DNA of 64,000 nucleotides from an uncultured Planctomycetota bacterium (GTDB taxonomy: Bacteria > Planctomycetota > Planctomycetia > Pirellulales > Lacipirellulaceae), in contig CAVRBU010000003.1 in assembly GCA_963719315.1 (NCBI GenBank), forward strand, positions 400,206 to 464,205, written 5' to 3'. The notes below the pieces were generated by a model. That model made no database searches. It was not told the origin of the DNA and worked only from the letters and a program-made list of their open reading frames with translations. The position numbers and the translations under genes were made by a program. Positions 52,526-63,557 of this stretch are shown piece after piece (the stretch's first letter is position 1; every line of letters starts with the position of its first letter).

Positions 52526-53914
52526 TTGTCTTGCCGCACAGGCCTGATTACCGATATTCTGCACTCTCTGATCCTTCGTCCTTCGACCCCAACCGGCAGA
52601 TCCTTGACATCCCCATCAACGGACAAGCAACAGCCTCCAGTGCCCGCATCTGCGTCGGGCTTTGGCGGTTTGGGGCTGAGTGAGTCGATGCTCGCATCGC
52701 TCGAGCGAGCCGCGTACCTCGATCCGACTCCCGTCCAAGCAGGAATCATTCCCCGCGCGCTCGAGGGGGGCGATGTGTTGGGTCAGGCCCGCACGGGCAC
52801 CGGCAAAACGGCGGCTTTCGCGATCCCGATCATCGAACGAATCCAGCACGGCGGAAAAGCTACGCCACCCCGCGCGTTGGTGCTCGTGCCGACGCGGGAG
52901 CTCGCCGTGCAAGTCCGCGAGGAGTTCGAAAAGCTCGCTCACGGCCGCCGCCTGAATAGCGTGCCCATTTACGGCGGCAAACCAATTCGCGGACAGGTCG
53001 CCAAACTGGAGCGCGGGGCCGATGTGATCATCGGCACGCCCGGCCGTGTGATCGATCTCATCGGCCGCGGCGCGCTCGACCTGCGTTCGATCGAAATCGT
53101 AGTTTTGGATGAAGCCGACCGCATGCTCGACATTGGCTTCCGGCCCGATATTGAAAAAATCCTCCGTCGCTGTCCGAAGGATCGACAGACTCTACTCTTG
53201 AGCGCCACCGTCGCCCCGCCGGTTGAACGGCTGGCCCGCACGTACATGCGCGATCCGGAGATCATGGATTTCTCGCCCAAGAGCAAGTCGGTCGACACGA
53301 TCGATCAGTTCTATTTTACCGTCGATCACGAGCAGAAGTTCGACCTGTTGGTGCAGCTCATCAAACGCGACAAGCCGGAGCAAGCCATCGTCTTCTGCCG
53401 CACGAAGCGCGGCACGGAGCGGATTCATCGCCGGCTCTCGAAGCATTTCCCCGGCACGGATATGATGCACGGCGACATGCAGCAGAGTGCTCGCGACCGG
53501 GTGATGAAGGCCTTTCGCGCCGGCGACGTGCAAATCCTGGTGGCGACCGACGTCGTGGGTCGCGGCATCGACGTGACTCGTATCTCGCACATCATCAACT
53601 TCGACATCCCGCAGTCGTCGGACGATTACGTGCATCGCGTCGGCCGCACCGGCCGCATGGGCCGCGAGGGCATCGCTTACACGTTCGTCACGACCGAAGA
53701 GGGCGGTGAGCTGACGCGGATCGAAATGCTCATCAACCGACTGCTGAAGCGCGACGAGATCGAGGGCTTCTCCACCGTTGCCGCCTTGTCGCGAGCGGCG
53801 GCACTCCCCGCCGACGAAACAGACGCGGCGCCGGAAGAACCGGAAGAGCCAAAACCGGCTCGCCCCCTGCCCCCGGGCCGCCGGGCGCAAAAGCGCCATC
53901 GCCGGGCGCTTTGA
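52526..53914 (+). CDS. DEAD-box RNA helicase
   Basis: ARTGTGKT, PTRELA, TPGR, DEAD, SAT and HRVGRTGR; extended -10 TGATATAAT at 52492-52500; start uncertain. Confidence 0.95.
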   Translation: MSCRTGLITDILHSLILRPSTPTGRSLTSPSTDKQQPPVPASASGFGGLGLSESMLASLERAAYLDPTPVQAGIIPRALEGGDVLGQARTGTGKTAAFAIPIIERIQHGGKATPPRALVLVPTRELAVQVREEFEKLAHGRRLNSVPIYGGKPIRGQVAKLERGADVIIGTPGRVIDLIGRGALDLRSIEIVVLDEADRMLDIGFRPDIEKILRRCPKDRQTLLLSATVAPPVERLARTYMRDPEIMDFSPKSKSVDTIDQFYFTVDHEQKFDLLVQLIKRDKPEQAIVFCRTKRGTERIHRRLSKHFPGTDMMHGDMQQSARDRVMKAFRAGDVQILVATDVVGRGIDVTRISHIINFDIPQSSDDYVHRVGRTGRMGREGIAYTFVTTEEGGELTRIEMLINRLLKRDEIEGFSTVAALSRAAALPADETDAAPEEPEEPKPARPLPPGRRAQKRHRRAL

Positions 53915-53922
53915 TGAACGAA

Positions 53923-56900
53923 TCACTTCGGAGACACGCGGAGCATTTCCAACAGCGCCGGCAGCACCGTCAACGCTAAAGGCAACTGCACGACCAGCCC
54001 AGCGATAATCGCGATTGCCAGCGGTTGCTGCATTGCGGAGCCCGGGCTCAGCCCGAGGGCCAGAGGAAGCAGCGCCAGGATGGCTGCTAAAGTCGTCATG
54101 GCGATGGGTCGCATGCGGTTCACTCCGGCCCGCAGTAAGCGTGCTCTCCGATCGGTTACATCGACTAATTCTTGAAACTCCGAATAATAAAAGATTCCCA
54201 CCTCGGTAACGATTCCCACGACCATCGTCATGCCCATCATCGCGGTAATATTCAATTCGGTGCCAGTCCACCAGAGACCGGTGAACACGGAGGACAGGGC
54301 CAGCAGCGTGGTTAGCATCATGGCCAGCGCCACGCGAAAGCTTTCATACATGAACAACAGCAGAACGAATACCAGCAACACGGCAGAAACAAAAACCGCC
54401 AACAATCCGCGGAACGCCAATTGCTGCTGTTCATACAGCCCACCGAGCTCGTAATAGACCTCGTGCGGCAACAGGCCCTGGCGCTCGAGGGTTTTGGTTA
54501 CGTCAGCTATCGTCGAGCCCAAGTCGCGGCCGCTGATCCGACCGGTGACGGCCACCATCTGTTTAAGATTATCGCGCGTGATCTGTGGCTGGCCGCTTAT
54601 GGTTTCGATGTGCGCAATACGCTTCAGCGGAAACTGGTGGCCATCCGGCGCTATCAGGCGCAGCGCTTCGATGTCCTTGACCGTGGCACGACTGCTCTGT
54701 GGAATCCACACGCGGAGACCAATCATCTTGGGCGAGGATTGCACTTGCGTCGTAACCACGCCCGTCAAATAACCGTCGAGTATTTGCGTCACTGCGTCGG
54801 CAGCCATGCCTTCCAGTGCGACTTTCTCGCGATCCACGTGAATTTCCAACGCATCGCCCGCAAGCACGATGCCATTGTTGACGTCGACGACACCAGCAAC
54901 TTGCGCGATTGCGTCGGCGACTTGTGGCGCCACTCGTCGCAGCAGAGCGCCGTCATCGGAAAACAGCTTGATCTCAATGGGCTGCGGCACAGCGGTTAGA
55001 TCGCCGATTAAGTCTTCCATTAAGAGCGCCATCTCAATCTGCAGTCCCGGCACCGAGTGTTCGACTTGCAGCCGGACATCGTTCATAACCGTCTGAATGT
55101 CGCGGCGCGGCAGTGGCTTCAGTCGTATGAAAAAGTCCCCTTCATTGGCTTCGGTAACTCCTCCGCCCAATTGCAATCCAGTCCGACGCGAATAGGTTTG
55201 AACTTCAGGAGTGTCGTGAAGGATTTTCTCGACTTTTCGGAGCAAGCGATCGGTCTCGGTCAAAGAGGTACCGGGCGCCGCGCGATAGTCGAAGATAAAT
55301 CCCCCTTCGTCCATCGAAGGCATAAAGCCCGATCCCGTGTTTTGATAGCTGACCCAACCCAGTATCAGTAGAGGGGCGATCGCCAGCCAAATGATCCAAG
55401 GTCGCGGCAGCACGAACCGCATGAACCAGGAATAAACCGCCTGCGCAGCCGCTGTTGGCCTGCCGCCCTCAGGCTGTTGGGCATCGCGTTCGCTAAGGAT
55501 TGCCCTGGCCAATATCGGCACGGCGATCCAAGCAATGCAAAATGAAATCACGAGACTGGCGGCCATGGTCACCGACAAGGCCTTGAAAAAAGCTCCGCTG
55601 ACGCCGGATAAGAAAGCCAACGGCACGAAAATAATGATCGTGGACATCGATGAGCCCACGAGTGGCCAGGTGAATTCGGACACGGCCGCCGAGATCCGCT
55701 CGTCAATGCTCGTGCTGCCGCTTCGCAATCGCCGGACGAGGTGCTCGATCATCACCGTGGCGTCGTCGATGATCAATCCAACTGCGGCGGCCATTCCTCC
55801 CAGCGTCATGATATTAAAACTCATGTGCATTACCGCCAGGAGCAAAATCGTCATTGCTAAGACGGCCGGAACCTTTATCATCGCAATGAACGCGACTTTC
55901 AGGTTGCGAAGAAAGACCAGTATGATCAACGCGGCCAACGCCACGCCGATCAGCACGGCATCGCGGACACTATTCACCGAGGAAACGATCAACTCACTCT
56001 GGTCGTACCAGTTGGCGATGTGAACGTCGGGAGGCAAGCGCTTTTGCAGCTCGGCGAGCTTCGGTTCAAGTTGACGGGCGATCTGGACCGTGTTGCCGCC
56101 CAACTGCTGATACACCTGGAACAACACGGCATCGTGGCCATCGGCCGTTACCCGCGTCCATTGAGGGACCGTCCCCTGGCTGATCGTGGCCACGTCGTCC
56201 AAAGTCACGAGCCCATTTTCGCCGGAGCGGATCACAGTTTGGCCAATCTCTTTGAAACTGTTGAACTGAGTATCCGAAAGAATTAGATACAGCTTGCCGT
56301 GATCTTCCAGTCGGCCAACCGCTCGAATTACGTTGGATCCCGAGAGGGCCGTGCCGACATCGGCAATCGAGAGTCCAAAAGAATCCAGCTTTTCCGGCGT
56401 GACGATGACCTGGTACTCAGCCGTCTCGCCGCCTAAAACGCCAATCCGCGCAACGCCGGGGACTGTCGACAGGACGGGACGGATTTGATACAGCGCGATG
56501 TCTCGCAGGTCCACGAGGGAGCGAGTGTTGGAAGTCAGACTGAAGCCCAGCGCCGGAAAAACAGTGGGGTCCATGCGGCGAACGTCGAACTGCGTTTCGG
56601 AAGGCAGTGTCGATCGAATGAGGTTGAGCGCCGATTCCGTTTGCAGCGTGGCGGCCACCATGTCCTGGCCCCAACCGAAATTGATGGACAATTCGGCACT
56701 GCCGCGACTCGTCGTGGAACGCAAGCTCTTTACACCGGGGACGGACCGTATCGCTTCTTCGACCGGTTGAGTTACTTCGACGACCATTCGCTCCGCGGGA
56801 CGGTCGCCGGCATCCAGGCTGATCACCACCCGCGGAAATGTTACGAGCGGAAAGAGACTCGCCGGTAGATTCAGGCTGCTGATCAAGCCCCCCAGGCTGA

Positions 56901-56961
56901 ATACTGCCAGGAGGAAAAGAACCGACCGGCGATGCTTGTAGGCACGTTCAGCGATATTCAC
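53923..56961 (-). CDS. RND efflux permease (AcrB/CusA family)
   Basis: 1012 aa; GLIIDDATVMIE and RMRPIAMTT. Confidence 0.95.
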   Translation of the reverse strand: MNIAERAYKHRRSVLFLLAVFSLGGLISSLNLPASLFPLVTFPRVVISLDAGDRPAERMVVEVTQPVEEAIRSVPGVKSLRSTTSRGSAELSINFGWGQDMVAATLQTESALNLIRSTLPSETQFDVRRMDPTVFPALGFSLTSNTRSLVDLRDIALYQIRPVLSTVPGVARIGVLGGETAEYQVIVTPEKLDSFGLSIADVGTALSGSNVIRAVGRLEDHGKLYLILSDTQFNSFKEIGQTVIRSGENGLVTLDDVATISQGTVPQWTRVTADGHDAVLFQVYQQLGGNTVQIARQLEPKLAELQKRLPPDVHIANWYDQSELIVSSVNSVRDAVLIGVALAALIILVFLRNLKVAFIAMIKVPAVLAMTILLLAVMHMSFNIMTLGGMAAAVGLIIDDATVMIEHLVRRLRSGSTSIDERISAAVSEFTWPLVGSSMSTIIIFVPLAFLSGVSGAFFKALSVTMAASLVISFCIAWIAVPILARAILSERDAQQPEGGRPTAAAQAVYSWFMRFVLPRPWIIWLAIAPLLILGWVSYQNTGSGFMPSMDEGGFIFDYRAAPGTSLTETDRLLRKVEKILHDTPEVQTYSRRTGLQLGGGVTEANEGDFFIRLKPLPRRDIQTVMNDVRLQVEHSVPGLQIEMALLMEDLIGDLTAVPQPIEIKLFSDDGALLRRVAPQVADAIAQVAGVVDVNNGIVLAGDALEIHVDREKVALEGMAADAVTQILDGYLTGVVTTQVQSSPKMIGLRVWIPQSSRATVKDIEALRLIAPDGHQFPLKRIAHIETISGQPQITRDNLKQMVAVTGRISGRDLGSTIADVTKTLERQGLLPHEVYYELGGLYEQQQLAFRGLLAVFVSAVLLVFVLLLFMYESFRVALAMMLTTLLALSSVFTGLWWTGTELNITAMMGMTMVVGIVTEVGIFYYSEFQELVDVTDRRARLLRAGVNRMRPIAMTTLAAILALLPLALGLSPGSAMQQPLAIAIIAGLVVQLPLALTVLPALLEMLRVSPK

Positions 56962-58049
56962 GGAGCTGGCTCCGGTTTCACGGCCATTCCATGCTTGAGT
57001 TCGCTATTGCCGTTTACCACCACGAGCTGGCCCGATTGCAGGTCGGTGCCGAGAATTTGTATTTGCTCGTTGTTTTCGATGCCGACTTGGACTTCGTGCT
57101 TGACGGCACGATCGTGTTCAACCGTGAACACCACGTAATGGTCCTCCTCTGGGAGTACTGCCGACCGCGGTGCGACGAGCGAGCGGTCGGCCGCGACGAT
57201 GATTTCACCACGTACGTATTCGTTGAGCATCAAATGAGCGGTCGAGGCCGGAGCGACATACACATCGATCAAGCGCGTTTGCGGGTTGACTTGATGCGCG
57301 ATCATCTCGACCTTCGCGTCTACAACTTGGTCTTCGCCCTGGTGGATTGGAATGACTCGGACCGGCTGGCCGACATGAAGATTGCCGATGTCCTCGCTTT
57401 CGACACCGATTCGAACTTCGATTTGATTCTGATCGGTAATCTCTAACAGGGGGCTTCCGGCCGCCACGATTTGGCCCGCCTGCGCGTTGATTTGCATGAC
57501 CATCCCAGGCGCTTCGCTTTTGATCACGCGCGGTTCGGCCATACCGCGATCGAGCATGCTTTGAAGAGCGGCTTGGGCGTCCTTTAGGCGCAGTTCGGCG
57601 TCGCTCAACGACTGCCTCGTGGCAAGCTTCATGTTGACGCTTTCGCTCGTGAGCCGCTCTAATTCTTGAGCTGCCTTGAGTTCACTACGCGCTTGATCCA
57701 GTTTCAGCCGTGTGTCGGCGCTTGGCTCGATTTCGATTAGCCGGGTACCCGTGTCCACCGACTCTCCGGCCGTCACGAATACCTGGCGGACACGAACTTC
57801 AAACGGCTCGTCAATGGTTTTCGACCTTCCGAGAGCGGAAACGACGGTGCCATACGCGATCAGCGGTTCTTCGATCGATTGAATGCGGAGCGGAGCCACG
57901 AGAACTCCCACTTCGGGTTCTGGCTCAACGACGATCGAAGGCGAAGGAGCATCGCCCTGGGGCTGGTTCGCGAACCAATAAATGCCGCCGATTCCAGCCG
58001 CCGCGATTAGCAGCACGACAGCCACTTCTATCCACCGGCCAAGTTTCAT
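56958..58049 (-). CDS. RND membrane fusion protein
   Basis: N-terminal TM, lipoyl-hairpin pattern, VQVGIEN. Confidence 0.9.
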   Translation of the reverse strand: MKLGRWIEVAVVLLIAAAGIGGIYWFANQPQGDAPSPSIVVEPEPEVGVLVAPLRIQSIEEPLIAYGTVVSALGRSKTIDEPFEVRVRQVFVTAGESVDTGTRLIEIEPSADTRLKLDQARSELKAAQELERLTSESVNMKLATRQSLSDAELRLKDAQAALQSMLDRGMAEPRVIKSEAPGMVMQINAQAGQIVAAGSPLLEITDQNQIEVRIGVESEDIGNLHVGQPVRVIPIHQGEDQVVDAKVEMIAHQVNPQTRLIDVYVAPASTAHLMLNEYVRGEIIVAADRSLVAPRSAVLPEEDHYVVFTVEHDRAVKHEVQVGIENNEQIQILGTDLQSGQLVVVNGNSELKHGMAVKPEPAP

Positions 58050-59611
58050 GGCCGTGCCTCAATCGGGGTCGCCAAGATGGGCGGTAATTCTTCGAGGAGC
58101 GGTGCCGATGAACCGACGCAATTCAGATTGTAAATACCTGAGGCCAGCTCCAGCGCCACGCGAGTTTCGGCCCATGCCTGTTGTAACTTAACCGTTTCGA
58201 TTTGTCGCTCGGTCTGGGTCACCCATGCTGTGTAGTACACAATTACGTCGGCTTGCCCCTTGTCCACGGCGATACGGTACGTTGCAACGAGCTGCTCTTG
58301 CTTCGACTGCGACACTTGTGCCGCCGCGATTTGCTCCTTCAGCCACTTGAGCTGGGTCACTAGCATGACGATGTCGGTTCGGGCCTGGTAGAACCGGTTG
58401 ACGTACTCGTCATACAACTGCTGCCGAGTCGCTTCTGCCTGGGCGATCGCGCCCTGATTGCAGTCAAAAATCGGAAGGTCCACCGTGATTCCATACCCAG
58501 TCATGAAAACGTTGCTGTTGTCCCGAGATTGGGTAAGCCCGATATTTACTTTTGGGAATTGCGCCAGAACGGCCGCTCGCAAAGTCGCTTCCTGGCTGGC
58601 ATAGCCATACGTTAAGCCTACCAAATCCAGCCGCCTGTCGGACAAACAATCGACCAATTTTTCGGCCGGCGGCAACTCCGAAATGGTGGGCAATGCGATG
58701 TCTCGCTGAAGGCGAACTTCCGCCTCGGCCGGCAATCCGAGGGAACGATTCAGGGCGATTTGTTGTTGTGCGATTCGCGCTTTCAGATCGAGAAGTGAAG
58801 TTTGAGCCTGGCTGCTGGCCGCCTCCGCCGCGGCAAGGTCTAATCCGGTCTTCACGCCTAAATCGACTGCCCGATGGACCAGGTCAAGATTCTCTCCCAA
58901 GCGGTCATTCAATTGTTGTGCCAGCACCAATTGTTGTTGCAGCCCGATCAACGTGTAGGCTGCCGACTTCGTCGATTCCGCCACGACCCATTCCTGCCAA
59001 GCCACATCCAGCATGATGGCCGTGGGTTGGGCCGATGCGGCGGCAATTCGGGCCGAGCGGCCAATGAGGGATGTTATGTCCCAATTCACACCCAAGCCCC
59101 ACTCATTGAAGGCCCCCTGTGACGCGCCACCGGTAGGAGTCGCCAGGTTCCACGCTAATTGCGGGTTGGGAAGCAGTTTCGCCTGCAGAAGCTGGGCGCA
59201 CGACAGCGCGCGACGGTCGCGCTCGATCCGCAGCGCCGGATTTTGCAGCACAGCAAGCAGCGACAGCTCGTCGGGACTCAGGCCATCGTCTGCATTAAAA
59301 TCGATCGGGCACAGAATGGGGTGCTTGATCCGGGCGACAGGAACGCTGAATTGATCGATGGCAGGCGGTCGGAGCTTCGCATCGACGGCTTGTTGCGTTA
59401 GCGGCAGCGCCCGGTACCGGGAGCATCCCACGACCGCTACGAATAACGTGGCCACAACAATGGTTCGTATGGAGGACAATCCACGGTCCGTCCTGAGGCC
59501 AGCCAGCCGTTGTACGGCTCTCGCTTGCCGGTTTGCAGAAGGCACAAATGAGATGAGATCGTAATTTAAGGTCGGAGCGCGCAACGAATGATCGTCATTC
59601 AATTTGCCCAA
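58046..59611 (-). CDS. TolC-family outer membrane factor
   Basis: Lipobox-like VVGC, LLPNPQL and LPIFDCNQG; start uncertain. Confidence 0.88.
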   Translation of the reverse strand: MGKLNDDHSLRAPTLNYDLISFVPSANRQARAVQRLAGLRTDRGLSSIRTIVVATLFVAVVGCSRYRALPLTQQAVDAKLRPPAIDQFSVPVARIKHPILCPIDFNADDGLSPDELSLLAVLQNPALRIERDRRALSCAQLLQAKLLPNPQLAWNLATPTGGASQGAFNEWGLGVNWDITSLIGRSARIAAASAQPTAIMLDVAWQEWVVAESTKSAAYTLIGLQQQLVLAQQLNDRLGENLDLVHRAVDLGVKTGLDLAAAEAASSQAQTSLLDLKARIAQQQIALNRSLGLPAEAEVRLQRDIALPTISELPPAEKLVDCLSDRRLDLVGLTYGYASQEATLRAAVLAQFPKVNIGLTQSRDNSNVFMTGYGITVDLPIFDCNQGAIAQAEATRQQLYDEYVNRFYQARTDIVMLVTQLKWLKEQIAAAQVSQSKQEQLVATYRIAVDKGQADVIVYYTAWVTQTERQIETVKLQQAWAETRVALELASGIYNLNCVGSSAPLLEELPPILATPIEARP

Positions 59612-59800
59612 TCACTACGAATAGCCGCCAATAGGAAGGCACACGAAGATATCGCCGATAGCAAGGACATCGGCGACCGCAGCAATTCGCTGCTTCAATT
59701 ACTGACTTGCTAGCTGCTGTCGATCGGCGGCGGGGCGAGCTTGATCGAGGCGAAATCGGTCGGCCCTCGCAGCGAATCTTACAGTAACGCCGCCCGGCCG

Positions 59801-59824
59801 AAGCGCCATCGCCGGGCATTATAG
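59801..59824 (+). pseudogene. Orphan duplicate of the DEAD-box helicase 3' end
   Basis: aagcgccatcgccgggc is identical to 53891-53907; encodes KRHRRAL*. Confidence 0.8.
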
Positions 59825-59885
59825 TACGCTCCCTGACGATGATCGTGCGTTGTATGATCAAATACGCCTTCTGAGCCGCCGGGTA

Positions 59886-60106
59886 ACGGCCGACCACCAA
59901 AACAAGCATATTCGCGAGGCGGTCCGTTATGCGGAGCTGAAAGGTTGGTCGGCCGAGAAGGCCGGGCGCGAGCACACATCTGGGGAACATTGTATTGCTT
60001 GCAAAGCGGCCGCGAAGGATGTCGAATTCGCGTTATGTCCACTCCGCGAAATCCAGAGGCCCATGTCCGCGATATCCGGCGCAATGTCGATCGTTGCCCC
60101 CACTAA
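59886..60106 (+). pseudogene. HicA-like putative toxin (ACG at start position, frameshift near 59965)
   Basis: ADHQNKHIREAVRYAELKGW...AHIWGTLYC...STPRNPEAH...RCPH*. Confidence 0.65.
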
Positions 60107-60131
60107 TCCGTGGTTATGAGGATGCGAAAGC

Positions 60132-60371
60132 ATGAAAGAACACGAATTCACGCTGATCCTGACTACTGACCCGGATGATGGGCAAGCCGACAAGCTGAAT
60201 GGTGAATTTAGCGATGGAACCATCGCGACCATTGCGGGTATCCCGCAAATTCATTTTCACCGTGAGGCTGCTTCGCTCGAAGAAGCGATTCGCTCAGCAA
60301 TTGGCAACGTCCGCTCAGCAGGATTCAACGTCCAGCGGGTTGAGATGCAACCCGATATGCTGCCGGCGTAG
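60132..60371 (+). CDS. Putative HicB-like antitoxin partner
   Basis: FTLIL...FHREAASLEEAIRSAIGNVRSAG. Confidence 0.7.
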   Translation: MKEHEFTLILTTDPDDGQADKLNGEFSDGTIATIAGIPQIHFHREAASLEEAIRSAIGNVRSAGFNVQRVEMQPDMLPA

Positions 60372-60531
60372 TGGAACAACGGCCGACCGACAGTTTTGGT
60401 CAAGTCAATTGTTCTCGTTGACACATCGCGCGGTCCGTATAGTGAAAGGGTGTTTGCACTCAATTCGATCCAGGAAAGTATTTCGTTTCGGTCAAATCGC
60501 GGTCTCAAGATCGGTTCCGCGATGGAGGTCG

Positions 60532-62636
60532 TTATTCAGCCGGCCTGTGCCCACCATGCTGCTGAGCAGCGATTTCCTGCAGCTTCGCCCGCCGTAAGAG
60601 TCCACGAATAACCAAGAACAGGACGACCTGGAAAGCGACGATCCCGCCTAGAAGCGCGAGGCCATAGCAGGCGGGATACCAAGGGAACCACAAAGAAAGC
60701 AGTAGCGCCGTTGCAATTGCCGCGATACCAACCAGCGTATAACCGCCGATCACGCGATCGAACCATGTGTGATGCGGCGCTTCGAGGAGATCGGGAGCGC
60801 CTTCCAATTGTCGATAGCTATTCCAAGTACCGGCCAGCGAACCAGCACCGCCGATCAGGCATCCCATTGCGCCGCCCATCCATCCCCAAAAAGTTTGCGA
60901 TCCAGGGCTGTCTGTTAAAAAAGCGAATACCATCAGGCCCAACCCCGCCGCAACCCCAAGGGCGCCAAACACCATTGAGCTGCTCAGCAGCAATAAACGC
61001 GGTCCCATACCCGGCGGCAATGCGCCCTTCGTCGGCGATGGGTTAGCAGGCAACAAATTCGGCGAAATCCCAGCGCGGCTGACAGACGCAACGTCGTTCT
61101 TCGCATCGCTCGCATGCTGGAAGTGGCGTTCCGACGCGTGCGCACTGCTTTGCTCGAGCTGTTTCAGCCTGCGAATCTTTTTTCGGACTTCCACGATCTG
61201 CCAGATCAGCCAGGCGACTACGAAACCAATCATCAACCGCACGAATGTGGGATCACTCTCATTCGGTCTGCCACCGCTGATTCCGTAGAGCCAATCCAAC
61301 AGCGATTGTGGATCGATGGCGAAATAAATCAGTACGGAAGTGAATCCAACCAGCAGCGCAAAGGCGGCCGCAAGGCCTTTGGGCGTATCGGGATGGCGCA
61401 GCACGTCCCACAGCAATCCCAGCCAAACGAAAATCATGATCGCCGAAGTCACCGCGCTACTGGGACCCCTGAAACCCGGCTTGATGTCGAGGTAGTAACC
61501 GACTGCGCCAATCAGAAATGTCGCAACGACGATCATTAGGAGGGTTCCTCGCCACCGCAACGGCCGAACAATCGCTTCCCGAAGTGACGGCGGTTCTGGT
61601 TCGCGTGCCATTGGCGGTTTGACCGACGCCGGCACCGGTCGGCCACTTGAAATCGAATCGATCTCTGATTTCACGTCGCTCGCGTGCTGATATCGTCGCT
61701 CCGGTTCGCGCACGCAGCGCGGAGCACCACCTCATCCAACCGCACGTCGATCTCGACCTTCTTCGACGGCGGCTCGAAGTGGCCGGCCGGCACTTCGCCC
61801 GTGAGCATCTCGTAGAACACGACGCCCAGTGAGAAGATATCGGCCCGGTGGTCGACCGCGTGCGAGCCTTCCATTTGTTCGGGGGCCATGTAGCGAGGGG
61901 TGCCCATCACTTCGTGCGTGCCTGTGAGCGTGAACTCCTCCGGCGAACGGCCTGCCAATTTTGCCAGGCCGAAATCGGCGATCTTCACGCGGCCCCGCGT
62001 GTCGAGCAGGATGTTCTCTGGCTTGATGTCGCGGTGGACGACGCCCTCGTCGTGTGCGAACTGCAAAGCCTCGCAAATTTGCGGCACGATCGCCAACGCC
62101 TGTTGCGGGGACAGTTCCCCGGTCTGCATTAGCTGCCGCAAATTCGGACCATCGACATACTCCATCAGGAAAAAGTACAGCGGGCGCGGCTGGCTGCTCG
62201 TCGCCCTATCCGAGACGTGCACTTCGCCGAAATCGTAAACGGCGACGATCTGCGGATGACTGAGCCGGGCCAGCATCCGCGCTTCGCGGTTGAATCGTTC
62301 GGCAAAGGCTGGAGAGTCGGCCGACTCGGGCCGGATGATCTTTAGCGCCACCAGGCGATCGAGCCTGGGCTGTCGCGCCTTGTAGACGGCCCCCATCCCG
62401 CCACAGCCGAGAAGTTCCAGGATTTCAAGCTGCGGAAAATGGGCGGCCAGCGACGCGGGATCCGGCGGAACGAAGCCCGCACCGTGAGGCGTCGTGGGCG
62501 CGCCACCAACGGCCGGCTGCTCCTGCACGGGGCGGCTTTCCAATCCGGCTGCCAGTAGGCACTTCGGGCACAACCCTGCCAGTGCGCCGGCGGGCATTTC
62601 CGCTCCACATTCGGGGCAACGACTAGGCTCGGACAT
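60532..62636 (-). CDS. Ser/Thr protein kinase with N-terminal Zn-ribbon and polytopic membrane C-terminus, frameshift near 61716
   Basis: CPECG...CPKC, GCGGMGAVY, HRDIKPEN, DFG and GTPRYMAPE; continues as REPERRYQHAS. Confidence 0.9.
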
Positions 62637-62789
62637 CGCACAAACCTCGGGGATAGAATCAAGTTTGTTCCGCTCTACCCTCCAATTCAAGAAATCTCGC
62701 CGATGGTTACAGGCTTTTTCGACTTTTTCCATCCCGCCGGTGGCGAAATGAGGCTCGCCTGTAGTGCCAAGCAGGCGAGCCGCCCGCAT

Positions 62790-63551
62790 TTATCGCGATG
62801 CACCAAGCACGGTGAAAAGGTCGCGAATTTCGTCGTCAACTTCTTCCGGTCGCGGAACCGTGTGGGCAATTTCAGCTCGCAACAATTCGCGATAACGCTT
62901 TCGCATGCGGTGCGCCGCCACTTTTGCGTTCGTTTCGCTGATACCCAGCGCCGCGCAGCGTCGGCATGTTCAGCCCGTTTGGATGAACCGGCGAGCAGCG
63001 GCTTGAGCGTCTCAAAGTATTGCAATCGTTCCTTGGCAGCGTACTCGGCGCGGAGCTGCTGCATGACGCGCTCCAGCAGCGTGATCGCCCACTGCTGTTG
63101 GTATACCTGTTCGGCGGTTTGCGTTTCGATGGCCACGAGGCCGAGCTTCGACTCGCCCGACTCGAAATCCAGCGACAGCGGCCGTCGCCCACCGCCGCGT
63201 TTGATGGCCCGGGCCTTCTGCCATTCGTTAATCAAGAATCTTTGGCAGACCGTCAGCAGAAACGCGCGGAATCGACCACGCTCGGGGTGGGCTTTCGCGA
63301 CAAAACCCTTTTCCAACAGGTGCGCGAAGAACGTCTGCGTAAAATCCTGGGCCTCGTGGACATCGGCGATGCGTCGACGTATGTACGCATACAGCGGGTA
63401 CCAATAAGCCTCGCATAATTGAGCAAGTGCTACGCTGGCCTCGCGCCCACTTCGGTCCCCTGCCCTGAGCACAACGCTCCAATGGGTTGTCGCAAAGTTT
63501 ACTTGTTCGACTGGTTCGGCGCAGTGCGCTTTTGTCCTCGGATATAGCCAT
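62790..63551 (-). CDS. ECF sigma factor (kinase-associated type), frameshift near 62950 and probably near 63525
   Basis: FATTHWSVV, LCEAYWYPLYAYIRR and RGRFRAFL; -1 frame gives ALGISETNAKVAAHRMRKRYRELL. Confidence 0.85.
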
Positions 63552-63557
63552 AGCATA

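Noticed and set aside
60418..60443. TTGACA...TATAGT promoter
   Set aside because: The spacer is only 14 nt and there is no downstream plus-strand gene.
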